55,054 nucleotides of DNA from Meyerozyma guilliermondii. Taxonomy: Eukaryota. Below are positions 20,506-31,262 of this stretch, piece by piece. The stretch's first letter is position 1. Each line of letters opens with the position of its first letter. Under the pieces are notes generated by a model that saw nothing but the letters and a program-made list of their open reading frames with translations, had not been told where the DNA came from and ran no database searches. The stretch is taken from positions 1,302,001-1,357,054 of the forward strand of contig CP128818.1 of the NCBI GenBank assembly GCA_051546255.1, given 5' to 3'. Made by a program: the position numbers and the translations under genes.

Positions 20506-22119
20506 ATGGCTAAAGACAATCATACCACATATCTTGGACTATCTGGGGAAGCTCTCTCAGTAGCACAAACATTGCTTATTGGGCTTCCTAGTTTCATACT
20601 TTTCGGTTACAATCAAGCTGGTCTTGGAAATGCCTTGTCGTTGCCTGTTTTTGGAAAGCATTTCCCAATGCTTTCTAAGATTGGTAAGGAAGGCTCAGAG
20701 CTCTCCAATGCGAGCACCTTGCAGGGTGTGGTAGTCTCGACGTTTTCATTGGGAGCTCTAGTTGGCGCGATTCTTTGCAACTTTTTCGGTGATAAAGTCG
20801 GCAGAAAGAAGGCTATCTATTTTGGTGCACTCCTCACTTTTATAGGTCAAGCCTTGGAGTGCTCAGCATTTCATATCAGCCAGCTCTGTATTGGTAGAAC
20901 CGTGATCGGAATGGGAATTGGAGCCTTGAATATTACTGTTCCAGCATGGCAAAGCGAGTGTTCGAATCCGAAAAATAGAGGGAAACATGTAGCCCTAGAT
21001 GGAGCTTTTATTTCTTTGGGGTACACTTTGACAAACTGGATTGGGTTGGCTTTCTACGTAACTCACAAAGAAAGTGAAGTCTCGTGGAGAATTCCTGTTG
21101 CAATTGGAGTACTTTTCAACTTACCATTGATATCATCTATCTTTCTACCTGAATCACCAAGATGGTTGATCACCAAGGGAAGACTAGATGAAGCCAAAGA
21201 GATAATAAGCGCCTTTCAAAAGGTTGATGTGGACCATGAAAAAGTTCTTGAAGAAGTGGAAATTATTGCAGATTCATACCGCTCAAGTTTGACTTCAAGT
21301 GGCTCTATGAGAGAATTATTCAAAATGGGAGAACAGAAAATCCTTATGAGATTTCTTATGGCTATGGCGCTTCAGTGCTTACAACAGATGAGCGGAGGAA
21401 ATCTAATTTCGGTCTATTCTACTATTCTTTATCAAGAGAATCTTGGAATGAGTGGAACATTATCCAGAATTTTGTCTGGTTGTACTTTGACATTCAAGTT
21501 CTTTTGTGGATTTATTGCCTTTTTCACTGTTGACAGATTTGGTCGACGTCCATTGATTGCGGCTAGTGGTACTGGAATGGCGTGCTGTATGATGTTCCTT
21601 GCTATTTCAACGTCCCAGAAGCACAATAGCCATGCTAACATTGCATCAGTGTTTTTCATCTTTGCTTTCAATTTTTTCATTCCAATTGGATTTTTGGGAT
21701 TGAATTGGTTGTATGTGGTGGAAATCAGTCCTACTCGGTTTAGAAACCATATTGCTGCTTTCTCCTCGGCGAATAATTGGATATGGAACTTTGTGGTAAC
21801 AATGATTACACCTATTGCAATTCAGTCGATCGACTACAGATACTACATTATTTATGCTGTTATCGGCTTTTTGATTCCATTCATGGTTTATTTCTTCTTC
21901 CCCAAGACTGCAGGATTGACTTTGGAAGCAATTGATTTGGTCTTCATAAAAGCCAACTCTCCTTTTGATGTTGTTGCAACTGCAAAGAGGGAAAGAAAGT
22001 TTCTCTTGAATGGAGATCAGACCCAGAACTTACACGCTGAAATGTTGGAAAAGGCAGAGGTTCTGGTAGTTGACCGAGCAAGTATGGATTCGAAAAATGA
22101 AAGAGGTAATAAACCTTAA
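20506..22119 (+). CDS. MFS sugar/polyol:H+ symporter (Stl1-like)
   Basis: FILFGYNQ, GDKVGRK, PAWQSEC..PKNRG, PESPRWL, QQMSGGN, DRFGRRPL, VEISPTRFR. Confidence 0.92.
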   Translation: MAKDNHTTYLGLSGEALSVAQTLLIGLPSFILFGYNQAGLGNALSLPVFGKHFPMLSKIGKEGSELSNASTLQGVVVSTFSLGALVGAILCNFFGDKVGRKKAIYFGALLTFIGQALECSAFHISQLCIGRTVIGMGIGALNITVPAWQSECSNPKNRGKHVALDGAFISLGYTLTNWIGLAFYVTHKESEVSWRIPVAIGVLFNLPLISSIFLPESPRWLITKGRLDEAKEIISAFQKVDVDHEKVLEEVEIIADSYRSSLTSSGSMRELFKMGEQKILMRFLMAMALQCLQQMSGGNLISVYSTILYQENLGMSGTLSRILSGCTLTFKFFCGFIAFFTVDRFGRRPLIAASGTGMACCMMFLAISTSQKHNSHANIASVFFIFAFNFFIPIGFLGLNWLYVVEISPTRFRNHIAAFSSANNWIWNFVVTMITPIAIQSIDYRYYIIYAVIGFLIPFMVYFFFPKTAGLTLEAIDLVFIKANSPFDVVATAKRERKFLLNGDQTQNLHAEMLEKAEVLVVDRASMDSKNERGNKP

Positions 22120-22350
22120 ATTTGCAACCAATTGAAAAATTCCGTAATTAAGCCAAATTAGTAATCAGAACAACGGAATATACGCCGCTCCTGCCAAATC
22201 GGTCCTTTGTGAAAGTTTGACTCATATAGATATTGCGGGGATATTTCCTTAAGCGTTATTTTGCAGCTGTGCACGTCTGGTAAGATTATCGGGCCGTTGC
22301 GGAAAAACTATAAATGCGCCCCGGAATCTACCCCAGGTTCCTCCACATTT

Positions 22351-23886
22351 ATGAATTTTGGGGAAGGCACAAGTTTGTCACAGATGGAAAAGAAGGGTGA
22401 CAACTCTGTTATAGAAGCTACTCGTGAGGTAGTAGCAACGCCTGCCACAGAAGTCAATGCATTTGGGTTTTCGGAGTTGGACTCCACATCTCCGAGTAAC
22501 TTTAAAGCCCCACCTCATGCACATATTGCAGAGAGAAGACCACCTTTGCAATATCAACCGAGTGAGTTAGAATTGGAGACATTTGCCGAGCCAAATAATG
22601 GAAATGTTTTTGAAGATGAAGCGGAAATAATTCAACTGCCAAAAGAGGTCCCAATAATGAGTATTCATAACCCACCACGAAATGCCTGGAGAATTTTTGC
22701 AGCTTGTTTATATGTGCTTAGTGGTGGATTGTCAGATGGTGTAGTTGGTGCCCTTTTGCCTTATATTGAAAATTATTACAACATTTCATACTCAATTGTG
22801 TCGTTAATGTGGATGGGAAATGCAGCAGGATTTATATTCATTGCTTGCGTTTCCGAGAGAGTTGTGCACCATTTCAGCACAAGATCATGCATTTTGATTG
22901 GGTGCTTCTTTAACTTGGTCATGTATGTTCTTGTACTGACAGGATCCAAATTTCCGCTTATAGTCACAGGATTTTTTTTTGGTGGTATGGGATTGGGACT
23001 CACCATATCGCAGTTCCATGTCTTTTTGACCAACTTTGATAAATCTTCAACATATTTGGGGTATTTCCATGGTACTTATGGCTTGGGTGCCACCATTGGG
23101 CCCCTTGTCGGCACAGCTCTTGTGGAGCACCATATCAATTGGAACTACTTCTACTTTATTCTCATAGGTTTAATGATCATTAATATCGCCAACATATACT
23201 TTGCATTCATGGGCATGGATGAGGACTTGAAACAGTTTGAGGTAGAGCACCAAACCTTACCTGATGTTACAGAAAGAAGTATCTTGGCTGATGCTTTAAC
23301 CAACAAATTGACGTGGCTAGCATCACTTTTTGTCTTGTTTTACCAAGGCGGTGAGGTGAGTTTGGGAGGATGGATTGTGACTTTCCTTCGTGATTATAGA
23401 CATCACAAAAATCCATCTGTTGGTTATGTTGCTTCAGGATACTGGTTTGGAGTCACCCTCGGCCGGTTATTATTGACGAGAAACCTTCACAAATATTTAA
23501 ATCCCAGAAGGGGAACCACTGTGGTGGTCTGTGGTGCTATGGTTGCAATTTCGTTGGCTTGGGCCATAGACAATCTTATTGCGACCGGTGTATTTGTTTC
23601 CCTTGCTGGTGTGTGCATTGGCCCAATCTATTCATTGATGGTGCTTCACATTTCACGCCTCTTTCCCAGAAAAATTTTGGTGGTTTCATTGACAATTACC
23701 ACTGCTTTTGGCTCTTCTGGAGGAGCATTGTTTCCCTTTTTGGTTGGACTCATATCTCAGTATATTGGAGCCATGACGGTTATGCCTGCGTTCATCATTA
23801 TGTTTTCCATCATGTTCACATTCTGGATCTGTATGCCCAATCCTGCTCGTCTTCGTGGAAATGTGTTGCTCAAGATTTTATGGTAA
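22351..23886 (+). CDS. BSC6: MFS transporter, Bsc6-like (start at ATG 22351 or 22384)
   Basis: PPRNAWRI, GLSDGVVGALLP, FHGTYGLGATIGP, YQGGEVSLGGWIVTF, SGYWFGVTLGR, GSSGGALFPF. Confidence 0.82.
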   Translation: MNFGEGTSLSQMEKKGDNSVIEATREVVATPATEVNAFGFSELDSTSPSNFKAPPHAHIAERRPPLQYQPSELELETFAEPNNGNVFEDEAEIIQLPKEVPIMSIHNPPRNAWRIFAACLYVLSGGLSDGVVGALLPYIENYYNISYSIVSLMWMGNAAGFIFIACVSERVVHHFSTRSCILIGCFFNLVMYVLVLTGSKFPLIVTGFFFGGMGLGLTISQFHVFLTNFDKSSTYLGYFHGTYGLGATIGPLVGTALVEHHINWNYFYFILIGLMIINIANIYFAFMGMDEDLKQFEVEHQTLPDVTERSILADALTNKLTWLASLFVLFYQGGEVSLGGWIVTFLRDYRHHKNPSVGYVASGYWFGVTLGRLLLTRNLHKYLNPRRGTTVVVCGAMVAISLAWAIDNLIATGVFVSLAGVCIGPIYSLMVLHISRLFPRKILVVSLTITTAFGSSGGALFPFLVGLISQYIGAMTVMPAFIIMFSIMFTFWICMPNPARLRGNVLLKILW

Positions 23887-24739
23887 TGAGCGTGAAGCTG
23901 CATTGTAGGCCAGGAAGGTCAAGCTCTGGAAATGGAGGTCTTCAACGTTGGTTTTATGATAGAGGTACTTGGAGATGATGGTATGGTCCGCTAAGCACTA
24001 TGAGGTACTATTGGACCATCCTGCCAGAGTTAGTTATGTTTGAGCTTGATGCTTTTGCAGTTATAGGCAAGAAGAATGTGTGAATGTAGTGGAATGGAAA
24101 TTTTTGAGCCATTTGTAGTTATTGATTTGTGAGTGCTAATCGCAGCTTCGCAGGGTGCAAATGAAAATTGGAAGAAGAAAGATTGAGAATAATGCTCTGA
24201 TAGTCGCCAAGAACCACATGCGAGAAGCAAGCGTCGGTGGTGGAACTGTGAGCTCCGTCCTTACGCCAAGACTTGCTTCTAACAAGTCTTGGCAAGGCAC
24301 GGCACATCAGAAGCGTAGAATTACTCAGCTGATGAGTCGAATAAGGCGAAGCCGCATTCCGTAAAGTGCTATTTTAAGGTTTTGCAACATTTGCAAAATT
24401 TCGCAGCCATTTTATTTATTAAAAATGGGCATTTGGGTTGCGAATTTTTTGCCCAATTACAATTTTGTGCTTTGGTGTACGAAATCACGTTGTCTAGCTT
24501 CCAGTTGGCCAACTATCTTTCTTTGGGCCATTGGTAAAGCTTGTATCTCTTTGAAACTAGAGGCATAGGTGCGAGCCGCACCGAGTGTCATTTGTAGCAA
24601 TTCGGTCATAATGCGGAAATACGTACTAATTGGGAAATTCGGCCGCTTGATTTTTCATCCATTTTATCCGCCTAATGGCCGAAATGGACCATTTCCAGGG
24701 TATATAAAGCCCGCAATCGACTGGAATCACTACAACAGA

Positions 24740-25497
24740 ATGGCTAAACAAGTATATTTTATAGCTGGTGCTTCTCGTGGAATTGGCCTTAGCTTGGCTA
24801 CCTACTTGAGTAAGAAACCTGAGAATGTGGTATTTGCAACCGCTAGAAACCCTTCTTCTTCCTCTGGTTTGCAAGAATTAAGCAAGGTGGCTGACAATGT
24901 ACACGTTGTGACTTTGGACTTGAACGATGAAAAGACATTTGAAACCGCCAAAGCTGAGGTTTTGAAAATTACCGACTCCATTGATGTGTTTATCTGTAAT
25001 GCAGGTATTAGTACCGCTCATACCCAAATTTTGGACACTCCAAAGGAGCAATTCCTCAGCCACTACGTTACCAATGCTCTTGGACCAATTCTTTTGATCC
25101 GGGCTTTCTACGACTTGGTGAAAAGGGGTACTCAAAAGAAGGTGATTTTCGTGTCAAGTATGGTTGGAACCATAAGTGAGTATCCTACCTACAGTACTTC
25201 TGCCTATGGACAATCCAAGGCTGCGCTCAACCACAGCATTAGACAGCTCGGGCGTGAGCTTGCAGAAGAGAATTTATCGTGGTCCCTGTCCACCCAGGCT
25301 TGGTCGGTACTGAATTGCTCTTCGGTGCCAAAGACCAGTATCTTGCCAATAACCCAGAATTTGCGCCCATTTTTGCTCCTGGAGGCCACATTACCCCAGA
25401 CGAAAGTGCTGAGAAGTTGGCGATTTTGATAGAAAATCTCAAGAAGGAAGACTCAAACAAATTCTGGAGCTACGATGGTACTGAGGTTCCATGGTAA
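24740..25497 (+). pseudogene. Short-chain dehydrogenase/reductase (C-factor/CsgA-like) with a 1-nt frameshift at ~25273-25275 (pseudogene or sequencing error)
   Basis: IAGASRGIG, ICNAGI and YGQSKAALN lie in one frame; VPVHPGLVGTE...FWSYDGTEVPW continues in another. Adding one base to AAT-TT-ATC restores ...ENFIVVPVHPG. Confidence 0.85.
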
Positions 25498-25550
25498 TTA
25501 TTATTTAGAACTAATAATTACAAAGTCTTCTTTTTTAATTTACTTGCGAA

Positions 25551-27626
25551 TCATATACCAAGAAAAATATCCGGCAGGATCATGGCGTCATCTAGTTCCT
25601 TCATCCATGATTCAGCAACATAGTCAAAATCGATATTGAAGTCAAATAATGGCGACGCACTATCAGTCGACAGACTCGTGCTCGACCCAAAGCTTTCTTC
25701 CGAATAAGATATATCTTCCAAACCACTGTCATACAAGTCTATAATCTCCAGCAATTGTTCTTTCGTGTAACGGAAGCGCCAGATCTTATCAAATGCACCA
25801 GTGTTGAGATTTGTTCCATCGCTGAGAAATTCCACAGTATCTCTAATTTTTTCAGCCGGCCTCGGGTCCATTTGGAACTGGAATATAAGTCTACGTAGAC
25901 TCTGCCAGTAGATTTTACAGCAAATTTCGGATTTGGTTGTTACCTTTTGAAGCAAAAAATGAGTGTCAGTGTCTTCTTTTCCATAGATCGCATCATAGTG
26001 GTGAAGATGGTACCTCAATCGAGTCAAAGTTGAAAGACCCGTGAAGCTCGAACGTTGCAAAGTAGAGATAAAGAATTTGGTGGTGACGAGAGCACCCATG
26101 GGGCCATAGTACTGTTTAGGGTCGTCGGCAATGAACGTCACTATTGGCAAAAGTTCAGTGACAGTAAGCTGAATTATTTTTTTCTCGTAATGAAACGCCA
26201 TCTGAATGTCATTCTTGTGCTCAAAGTACACTCTTATATGAGTGTAAAGCGAGAGTAGAAAAGTACCGTAGTTAAGTAACGATTTTATCGAAAGGGCCTT
26301 GTGATGCACATAGATGGCGGAAGCATTTTTTGGCATAGTAGTCAATTTTCCCTTCAAAGTGCCCAAGACGGTTTCCATTAGAGTCTCCATTAATTGAACA
26401 TACTCCGCAAGCTTGGATACCTTTGTCGTTCCTGTCTTGTTCAGAACTAGCTCGATCATGTCTCGCAATGTTGCCAACAAAGGACTCAGGTTTCCAAAGA
26501 ATGAGACAATGGCCATTTCTAATTCTACATTTGGAGTATTAGACGCTTCTGAAGTTAAGTCACCTACTGGTAACAACGTCTTGGTACTCGTGCTCCTGAT
26601 TGCTACTAGGGGAGTTCCTATGAGGGTAGCTTCCATAGTATCGAGAATGGTAATTAGATGCCACAATTTTCCTCTTAAGTTACACTCTCTGGGACTGAAG
26701 TTTTCCGGTTTTCGGTCTAGTTGCAACTGGTATGCCATATGAACTAGTGTGCTTGTGAGAACACTGTCCCCATCGCTTTGGAACTCGGGTGTATCGGGTA
26801 CCACTCTATGAAATAGTCGAAGACAGGTAGCGAGCTGTAAAACAGGTAAATAAATTTCGTTTCGGATCGTATGCTGGCGCAAACACAGCTTTGCCAAGGA
26901 AATTTTTTGGATGTAAGAGACTCTGTTTGAAAAGTCGGTTTCAAAACTTCTCAAGAGACCTAAGAAACTGAGCACTGTCAAAAGTATTCCTACATTTGCT
27001 AGGTCGGAGTTCTGAGTGAGTCTGAGGACACAACCGTTTCCTCTTGGTTCGAGGATCCGCGCCATATCGTCGTTGAACATAACGTAGTCGACTAGGGGCA
27101 CGAAGAAATACACTTCATCAAAAAAGCACTTGATTGAATGCAAAACAGCGTTTTTTTCTGGAAGGACTTCCTCTATTCGTTCGACTAAAGGTCTTTGATC
27201 CTCTACCCCTGATCTCTCCTGGGGTGTGTTGTCAGTTGAAATTTTCCACGTCTGAAGAAATCTAAGAGCTGGTTCTTTTCGTTCGATGAAAGACCATTCC
27301 AAAGGGGACCTCGCTGAAGAGGTTGTATTGTCTTCAAAATACAAGTCATGAAAGTCTATTGTATCTTCGTGACCCGTCACGTAGTGATCTGGCATATCTG
27401 TGGCTAGTTTGGTGACTTTAGCTTTGGGTTTCTTCGTGACAGACTTTGAAACTTTGAAAACATGCAGCGCCATGCCTCCTTTTATCAGGAGAAGATCGTT
27501 ATTTTCATCGAAAACACATAGATTAGGGGTTTTGTTCTTTATGCACGATGAGCACGGCGACTCCTTGTCACACTTTATACGCTTTTCTCGGCATCTTCTA
27601 CAGGTTAGCGTTGGTCTTCTGGGCAT
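25551..27626 (-). CDS. Zn2Cys6 transcription factor (Mrr1-like)
   Basis: RPTLTCRRCREKRIKCDKESPCSSCIKNKTPNLC; MAYQLQLDRKP...LRGKLWH middle-homology region. Confidence 0.9.
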   Translation of the reverse strand: MPRRPTLTCRRCREKRIKCDKESPCSSCIKNKTPNLCVFDENNDLLLIKGGMALHVFKVSKSVTKKPKAKVTKLATDMPDHYVTGHEDTIDFHDLYFEDNTTSSARSPLEWSFIERKEPALRFLQTWKISTDNTPQERSGVEDQRPLVERIEEVLPEKNAVLHSIKCFFDEVYFFVPLVDYVMFNDDMARILEPRGNGCVLRLTQNSDLANVGILLTVLSFLGLLRSFETDFSNRVSYIQKISLAKLCLRQHTIRNEIYLPVLQLATCLRLFHRVVPDTPEFQSDGDSVLTSTLVHMAYQLQLDRKPENFSPRECNLRGKLWHLITILDTMEATLIGTPLVAIRSTSTKTLLPVGDLTSEASNTPNVELEMAIVSFFGNLSPLLATLRDMIELVLNKTGTTKVSKLAEYVQLMETLMETVLGTLKGKLTTMPKNASAIYVHHKALSIKSLLNYGTFLLSLYTHIRVYFEHKNDIQMAFHYEKKIIQLTVTELLPIVTFIADDPKQYYGPMGALVTTKFFISTLQRSSFTGLSTLTRLRYHLHHYDAIYGKEDTDTHFLLQKVTTKSEICCKIYWQSLRRLIFQFQMDPRPAEKIRDTVEFLSDGTNLNTGAFDKIWRFRYTKEQLLEIIDLYDSGLEDISYSEESFGSSTSLSTDSASPLFDFNIDFDYVAESWMKELDDAMILPDIFLGI

Positions 27627-27931
27627 CAAGGAAGAAGCTGAGATCTCAAAATCTGATCAGGTGACAGTTTGAGGTGGGGGAATAATTGGGTAAAAACGGA
27701 CAAAGCAGTCAGATTAGAGTACTAAAGAATAGTGTGTAGTTGTGATACTAAATGTGATAACAATTTTATTTGTTTCATTTTTAAATTTTATTGGTTTCAT
27801 TTTTAACGTAAATCATACAACTTGAAAACAAGGTTTTGCAGCATTGCATTTGCAGCCAACTTTCCACAAAAGTTCAGCTTTACGAGAATTCCAGATTTTA
27901 CAAAATCTTCAATAGAGTTTTCTCCTCCTTC

Positions 27932-29362
27932 TCACTTTCCAAACGCTTGCTCATTGGCAATGGCAATCATTTTTTTCGCTCCCTCAGAATAGCTCTCGTC
28001 AGACTCAATTTCCGCCAAGAGAAATTCTCTCAATGCTTCGATTCCTCCGATTTCCATGACATCTTCAGGTCCACCCCTATCTTTGTGCTGAGTTTCAGCG
28101 ACATCATTGGGGAAACCAGGAAAGTCTGGTCCCACCAAACCTTTAAGAAATGCTTCTCTTTGGGTCAAAGCGTACTTCAAGTTCGTTTGGCACAACGGAG
28201 CCGAAGGAATGTAGAACACCAGCGAGTCGTGGTCTCCCAAATGTTCATTATCCACGGCATGAATCAAGTCACAGTGCCAGTAAACCATATCCCCAGGTTG
28301 CACTTTTGGAATGTGGACCATTAAATCGCTTAATTTGAGTTCAGGATGAGTGTTGTCGTTGAACTCAAGACCTTTTCCTGGATATGCGCCAGGCATACGA
28401 CCATCAAGAGTCAATTCGTCGTTTTCGTCAAAATAAGGCTTCAACATGTAGTAGGCAGTGACTTCTCTAACAAGAGGAGCAAAGAGAATCGAACCTTCTT
28501 TTGGTGCAATTTCCGATGCCGCTAACCAACCTTGGAAACTTCTGAAGATACTGCAAGTTCCCTGAGACTCGTAGTAGTCCATATCGGCATCAAGACGGCC
28601 TTGAATGTCGTATGGGTCAAACTCTTCCCACTTACCTTCAAAGATCTTGCGGTAACTTTGAACGTACAGTTTGTCTTCCCACCGCTCCAAAGACCCTCCA
28701 TCCGCATGAGGACCAAGCGAGAAGAACTTATCACCGGCGTTTCTGATTCTCAAGCGATCAGCATAGGAAAGATTCTTGTCAAGACAAATGAGAGAATCTT
28801 CGTCAGTGTGCCAAAGGTGGTTCATAAAGTTCATAGTTTTCATCATATTGGGGTGGCTGCGAGCCTCAACTTGTGCCTTGGACCAGTACAACTCGTAAAC
28901 CACGGGCGAATCTTTGGGGAAACCTTTTGTAGTAGGGTTCTTGGCGGTATAGTCCACTACTTGATTTTTCCATTCAACGACCTTTCCTTTGGGAACCACA
29001 TTGCGAATAACCACACACCCTCTCTTAAAGATATCAGCACGTTCAGCTTCACTGAGTGAGTCGAGCTTAGAAAATTCAACAGAAGGGATTATTGAAGGTC
29101 CTTTAGCCTTGATTTCTTCAATTCCTTTCGAAAGTGCCACCTTTAACCGTAACCAACTTTCTTTCAAAGCCTGAGGATCTTTCACCAACTCTTTTTTCAA
29201 TTGAGTAAACTTCTGCTCGTTCAAGTGTTCCAGTTCTCCAGAAAAAGATGTGAAAACAGAAGAGATGTCTCCACTGAGTCTGACTTTGGCTTTAGAGAGA
29301 TCTATTCTGCGAAGTCCTGCCAAAGAGGGTAACTTTGATTCTGTCAAAACTTTTGTCGTCAT
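27932..29362 (-). CDS. GIG2: DUF1479 (Gig2/YbiU-like) non-heme iron oxygenase-fold protein
   Basis: YELYWSKAQVEARSHP, YADRLRIR, GPHADGGSLERWED (HxD), FRSFQGW, PGDMVYWHCDLIHAVD, PDFP. Confidence 0.85.
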   Translation of the reverse strand: MTTKVLTESKLPSLAGLRRIDLSKAKVRLSGDISSVFTSFSGELEHLNEQKFTQLKKELVKDPQALKESWLRLKVALSKGIEEIKAKGPSIIPSVEFSKLDSLSEAERADIFKRGCVVIRNVVPKGKVVEWKNQVVDYTAKNPTTKGFPKDSPVVYELYWSKAQVEARSHPNMMKTMNFMNHLWHTDEDSLICLDKNLSYADRLRIRNAGDKFFSLGPHADGGSLERWEDKLYVQSYRKIFEGKWEEFDPYDIQGRLDADMDYYESQGTCSIFRSFQGWLAASEIAPKEGSILFAPLVREVTAYYMLKPYFDENDELTLDGRMPGAYPGKGLEFNDNTHPELKLSDLMVHIPKVQPGDMVYWHCDLIHAVDNEHLGDHDSLVFYIPSAPLCQTNLKYALTQREAFLKGLVGPDFPGFPNDVAETQHKDRGGPEDVMEIGGIEALREFLLAEIESDESYSEGAKKMIAIANEQAFGK

Positions 29363-29453
29363 TTCTGTGTTTTTTGGGTATTGAGATCTGTTATGCACTT
29401 CATGGGTCGGTAGGTGGTGTTTATATATTCTTCAGAGAATCTTCGACCCCACA

Positions 29454-29522
29454 AATTGCAACCGTTCCCAATCGGGTATCGCGCCCGCAATTGCAACCGC
29501 CCCGATTGGGTATCCCGCCCGC
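29454..29522 (+). repeat. Imperfect 34-35 bp tandem duplication in the DUF1479/TF divergent promoter
   Basis: AATTGCAACCG-TT-CCCAATCGGG-TATC-GCGCCCGC followed by AATTGCAACCG-C-CCCGATTGGG-TATC-CCGCCCGC. Confidence 0.8.
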
Positions 29523-29573
29523 CGTGCGGAGTACCTAAAATGGGACCCCGCCCGCACTTTTCGGTTGCAACAG

Positions 29574-31212
29574 ATGTCAGGATTTGTGACTACAAAGTTT
29601 CCAATTTCCAAAAGAAAGGTAAGTTTGGGAGCCAGCTCACTGCTCAAGGGTAATACTAACGCAGAGGTCCTTAGTGGCTTGTCTTAGTTGCCGCTCAAGA
29701 CGAAAAAAATGTATCGTTGATTCTGGCCAAAAAAAATGCCGAAATTGCAAAAAAAAGTCAGTTGAGTGTAAGTGGGATGAAATTGCAAACATTCCGGCTC
29801 AGGAATCCGATTTGGAATCAGACGATGCGATGGAAAACATCTACGAAAACATATTCTATAGAAATGATCAAACCAAGCCGCAATTTGTTTGCTCGACCCA
29901 ACCATTGTCGCTGCTTCTTAGCAGAGATTCCTACTTGTGCTTCGATGGAGATTTTTTTGGATTATATTATCCATGGAGGGGCCAGGAAAATGAAGTTCAT
30001 GTTGAGTCCCGTCAGGACATGGCGCTCAGAAAATTTATCGATAGCCAGGGAGCATATATAGTTCCTTCGGCTGTGGAGAGAAAACGATTAATTCTGTTAT
30101 TTTTGACGAATTTGTACCCCTTATTTCCTGTTGTTTCCAGAAATTCATTGGAAGACGCATCCCAGGTGCCTCTCATATTGTTGAACGCTATCATGTTGTG
30201 TGCAACTCGTTTCGACACCGAGGTGGGCCAAGTCTCAGTGAGAACCAGACTCAAACAATTTTACGAAAGATGTAAACTTTTGGAGCTCGTAGAGCATAAT
30301 AAGATAGTGTTGATCCAATCTTATTTGCTCTTGTCTATTCATGAGGAGGGAATCAGCGGCGCTAGAGATTCCAAAGAATATATCACGAAAGCTTGCAACC
30401 TTTGCGGTGAGCTTTGTATCACCAATATTTCGGGAACAAACGACATATCTGAGTTGAGTTCTTCTGAGTTGAACAACTTGGTGAGATTGAAGTACTGGAA
30501 AGGTCTTCTCAGACGACTTTTTTGGGTTTCGTTTAGCCTTGACAGGTTAGTATCTGCTACAAGTGGAAGAGAAATGTACTACGATCGGAAAGATTTGATT
30601 ATTGACGATTTGTCGTTGGATGATTTTGAACCTGGTGAGTATCAAGTGAGCGATCTTGCGGCATGTAATAAAATGGTTAGTTTGGCAAAACTTGTGGAAA
30701 GAGTCCAATGCTCCCACTATCGACCTCCGACCCATCGCACAGTTGACACACAATTGAAAAACGATATCCTTAGCTGGACTTTGGACGAAAACATTACTAA
30801 CGAACTGATTCGTAAACTCTTGGAAGTTTACCATGCCTACATTGCTATTTTAACCTTTCGGTGTCGAATAGATACTGTAGGATTAATACTCAAGAGCAGA
30901 GACAGTGGAGCACTGGGCTTATTTGATAAAGAAGAACGTTTACCGCTACAAGAGTATTCCATCAAAATCATGTGTTTGGCAGCTTCGGAGCCTCTTGTGC
31001 ACCATGTATTGGTGGTACATGCCGTGCTACATGTTATTGCTTTGAATCAACTCGAGTTCAATACATCTTCCTATAGTAGTGACAAACCTGAAAATTATTA
31101 CGCTGAGGTTACTGGAATGGCAAAGCTGGTGCTCACGGACCTCAGAAAATACTGGTGGTTTGCTGGAGCAGCTTTAAGGCTTTGTAATGTGATTTGGGAA
31201 CTGAACATTTAA
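29574..31212 (+). CDS. Zn2Cys6 transcription factor with Fungal_trans domain; 2 exons (29574-29618, 29665-31212)
   Basis: 46-nt intron GTAAGT...TACTAAC-GCAG (29619-29664); the spliced product reads MSGFVTTKFPISKRKRSLVACLSCRSRRKKC...CRNCKKKSVEC; LRRLFWVSFSLDRL. Confidence 0.9.
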
Positions 31213-31262
31213 ATTTAATCTATTCATCTAAAAAATCAACCCGTTTAATGAGTTCTAAAGAA

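Noticed and set aside
20958..20972. GTTCGAATCC tRNA T-loop-like sequence
   Set aside because: Inside the transporter CDS with no cloverleaf; no tRNA gene was recognised in the window.
23887..24568. Short ORFs between the BSC6-like and SDR genes
   Set aside because: No recognisable domain; cannot be supported as genes or gene relics without a database search.
24569..24739. N-terminal extension of the SDR ORF from a GTG start (similar non-ATG extensions at 22261, 39137, 43579)
   Set aside because: Non-ATG starts from the ORF caller; family homology begins at downstream ATGs, and the 24569 and 22261 extensions run through TATA-like sequence.
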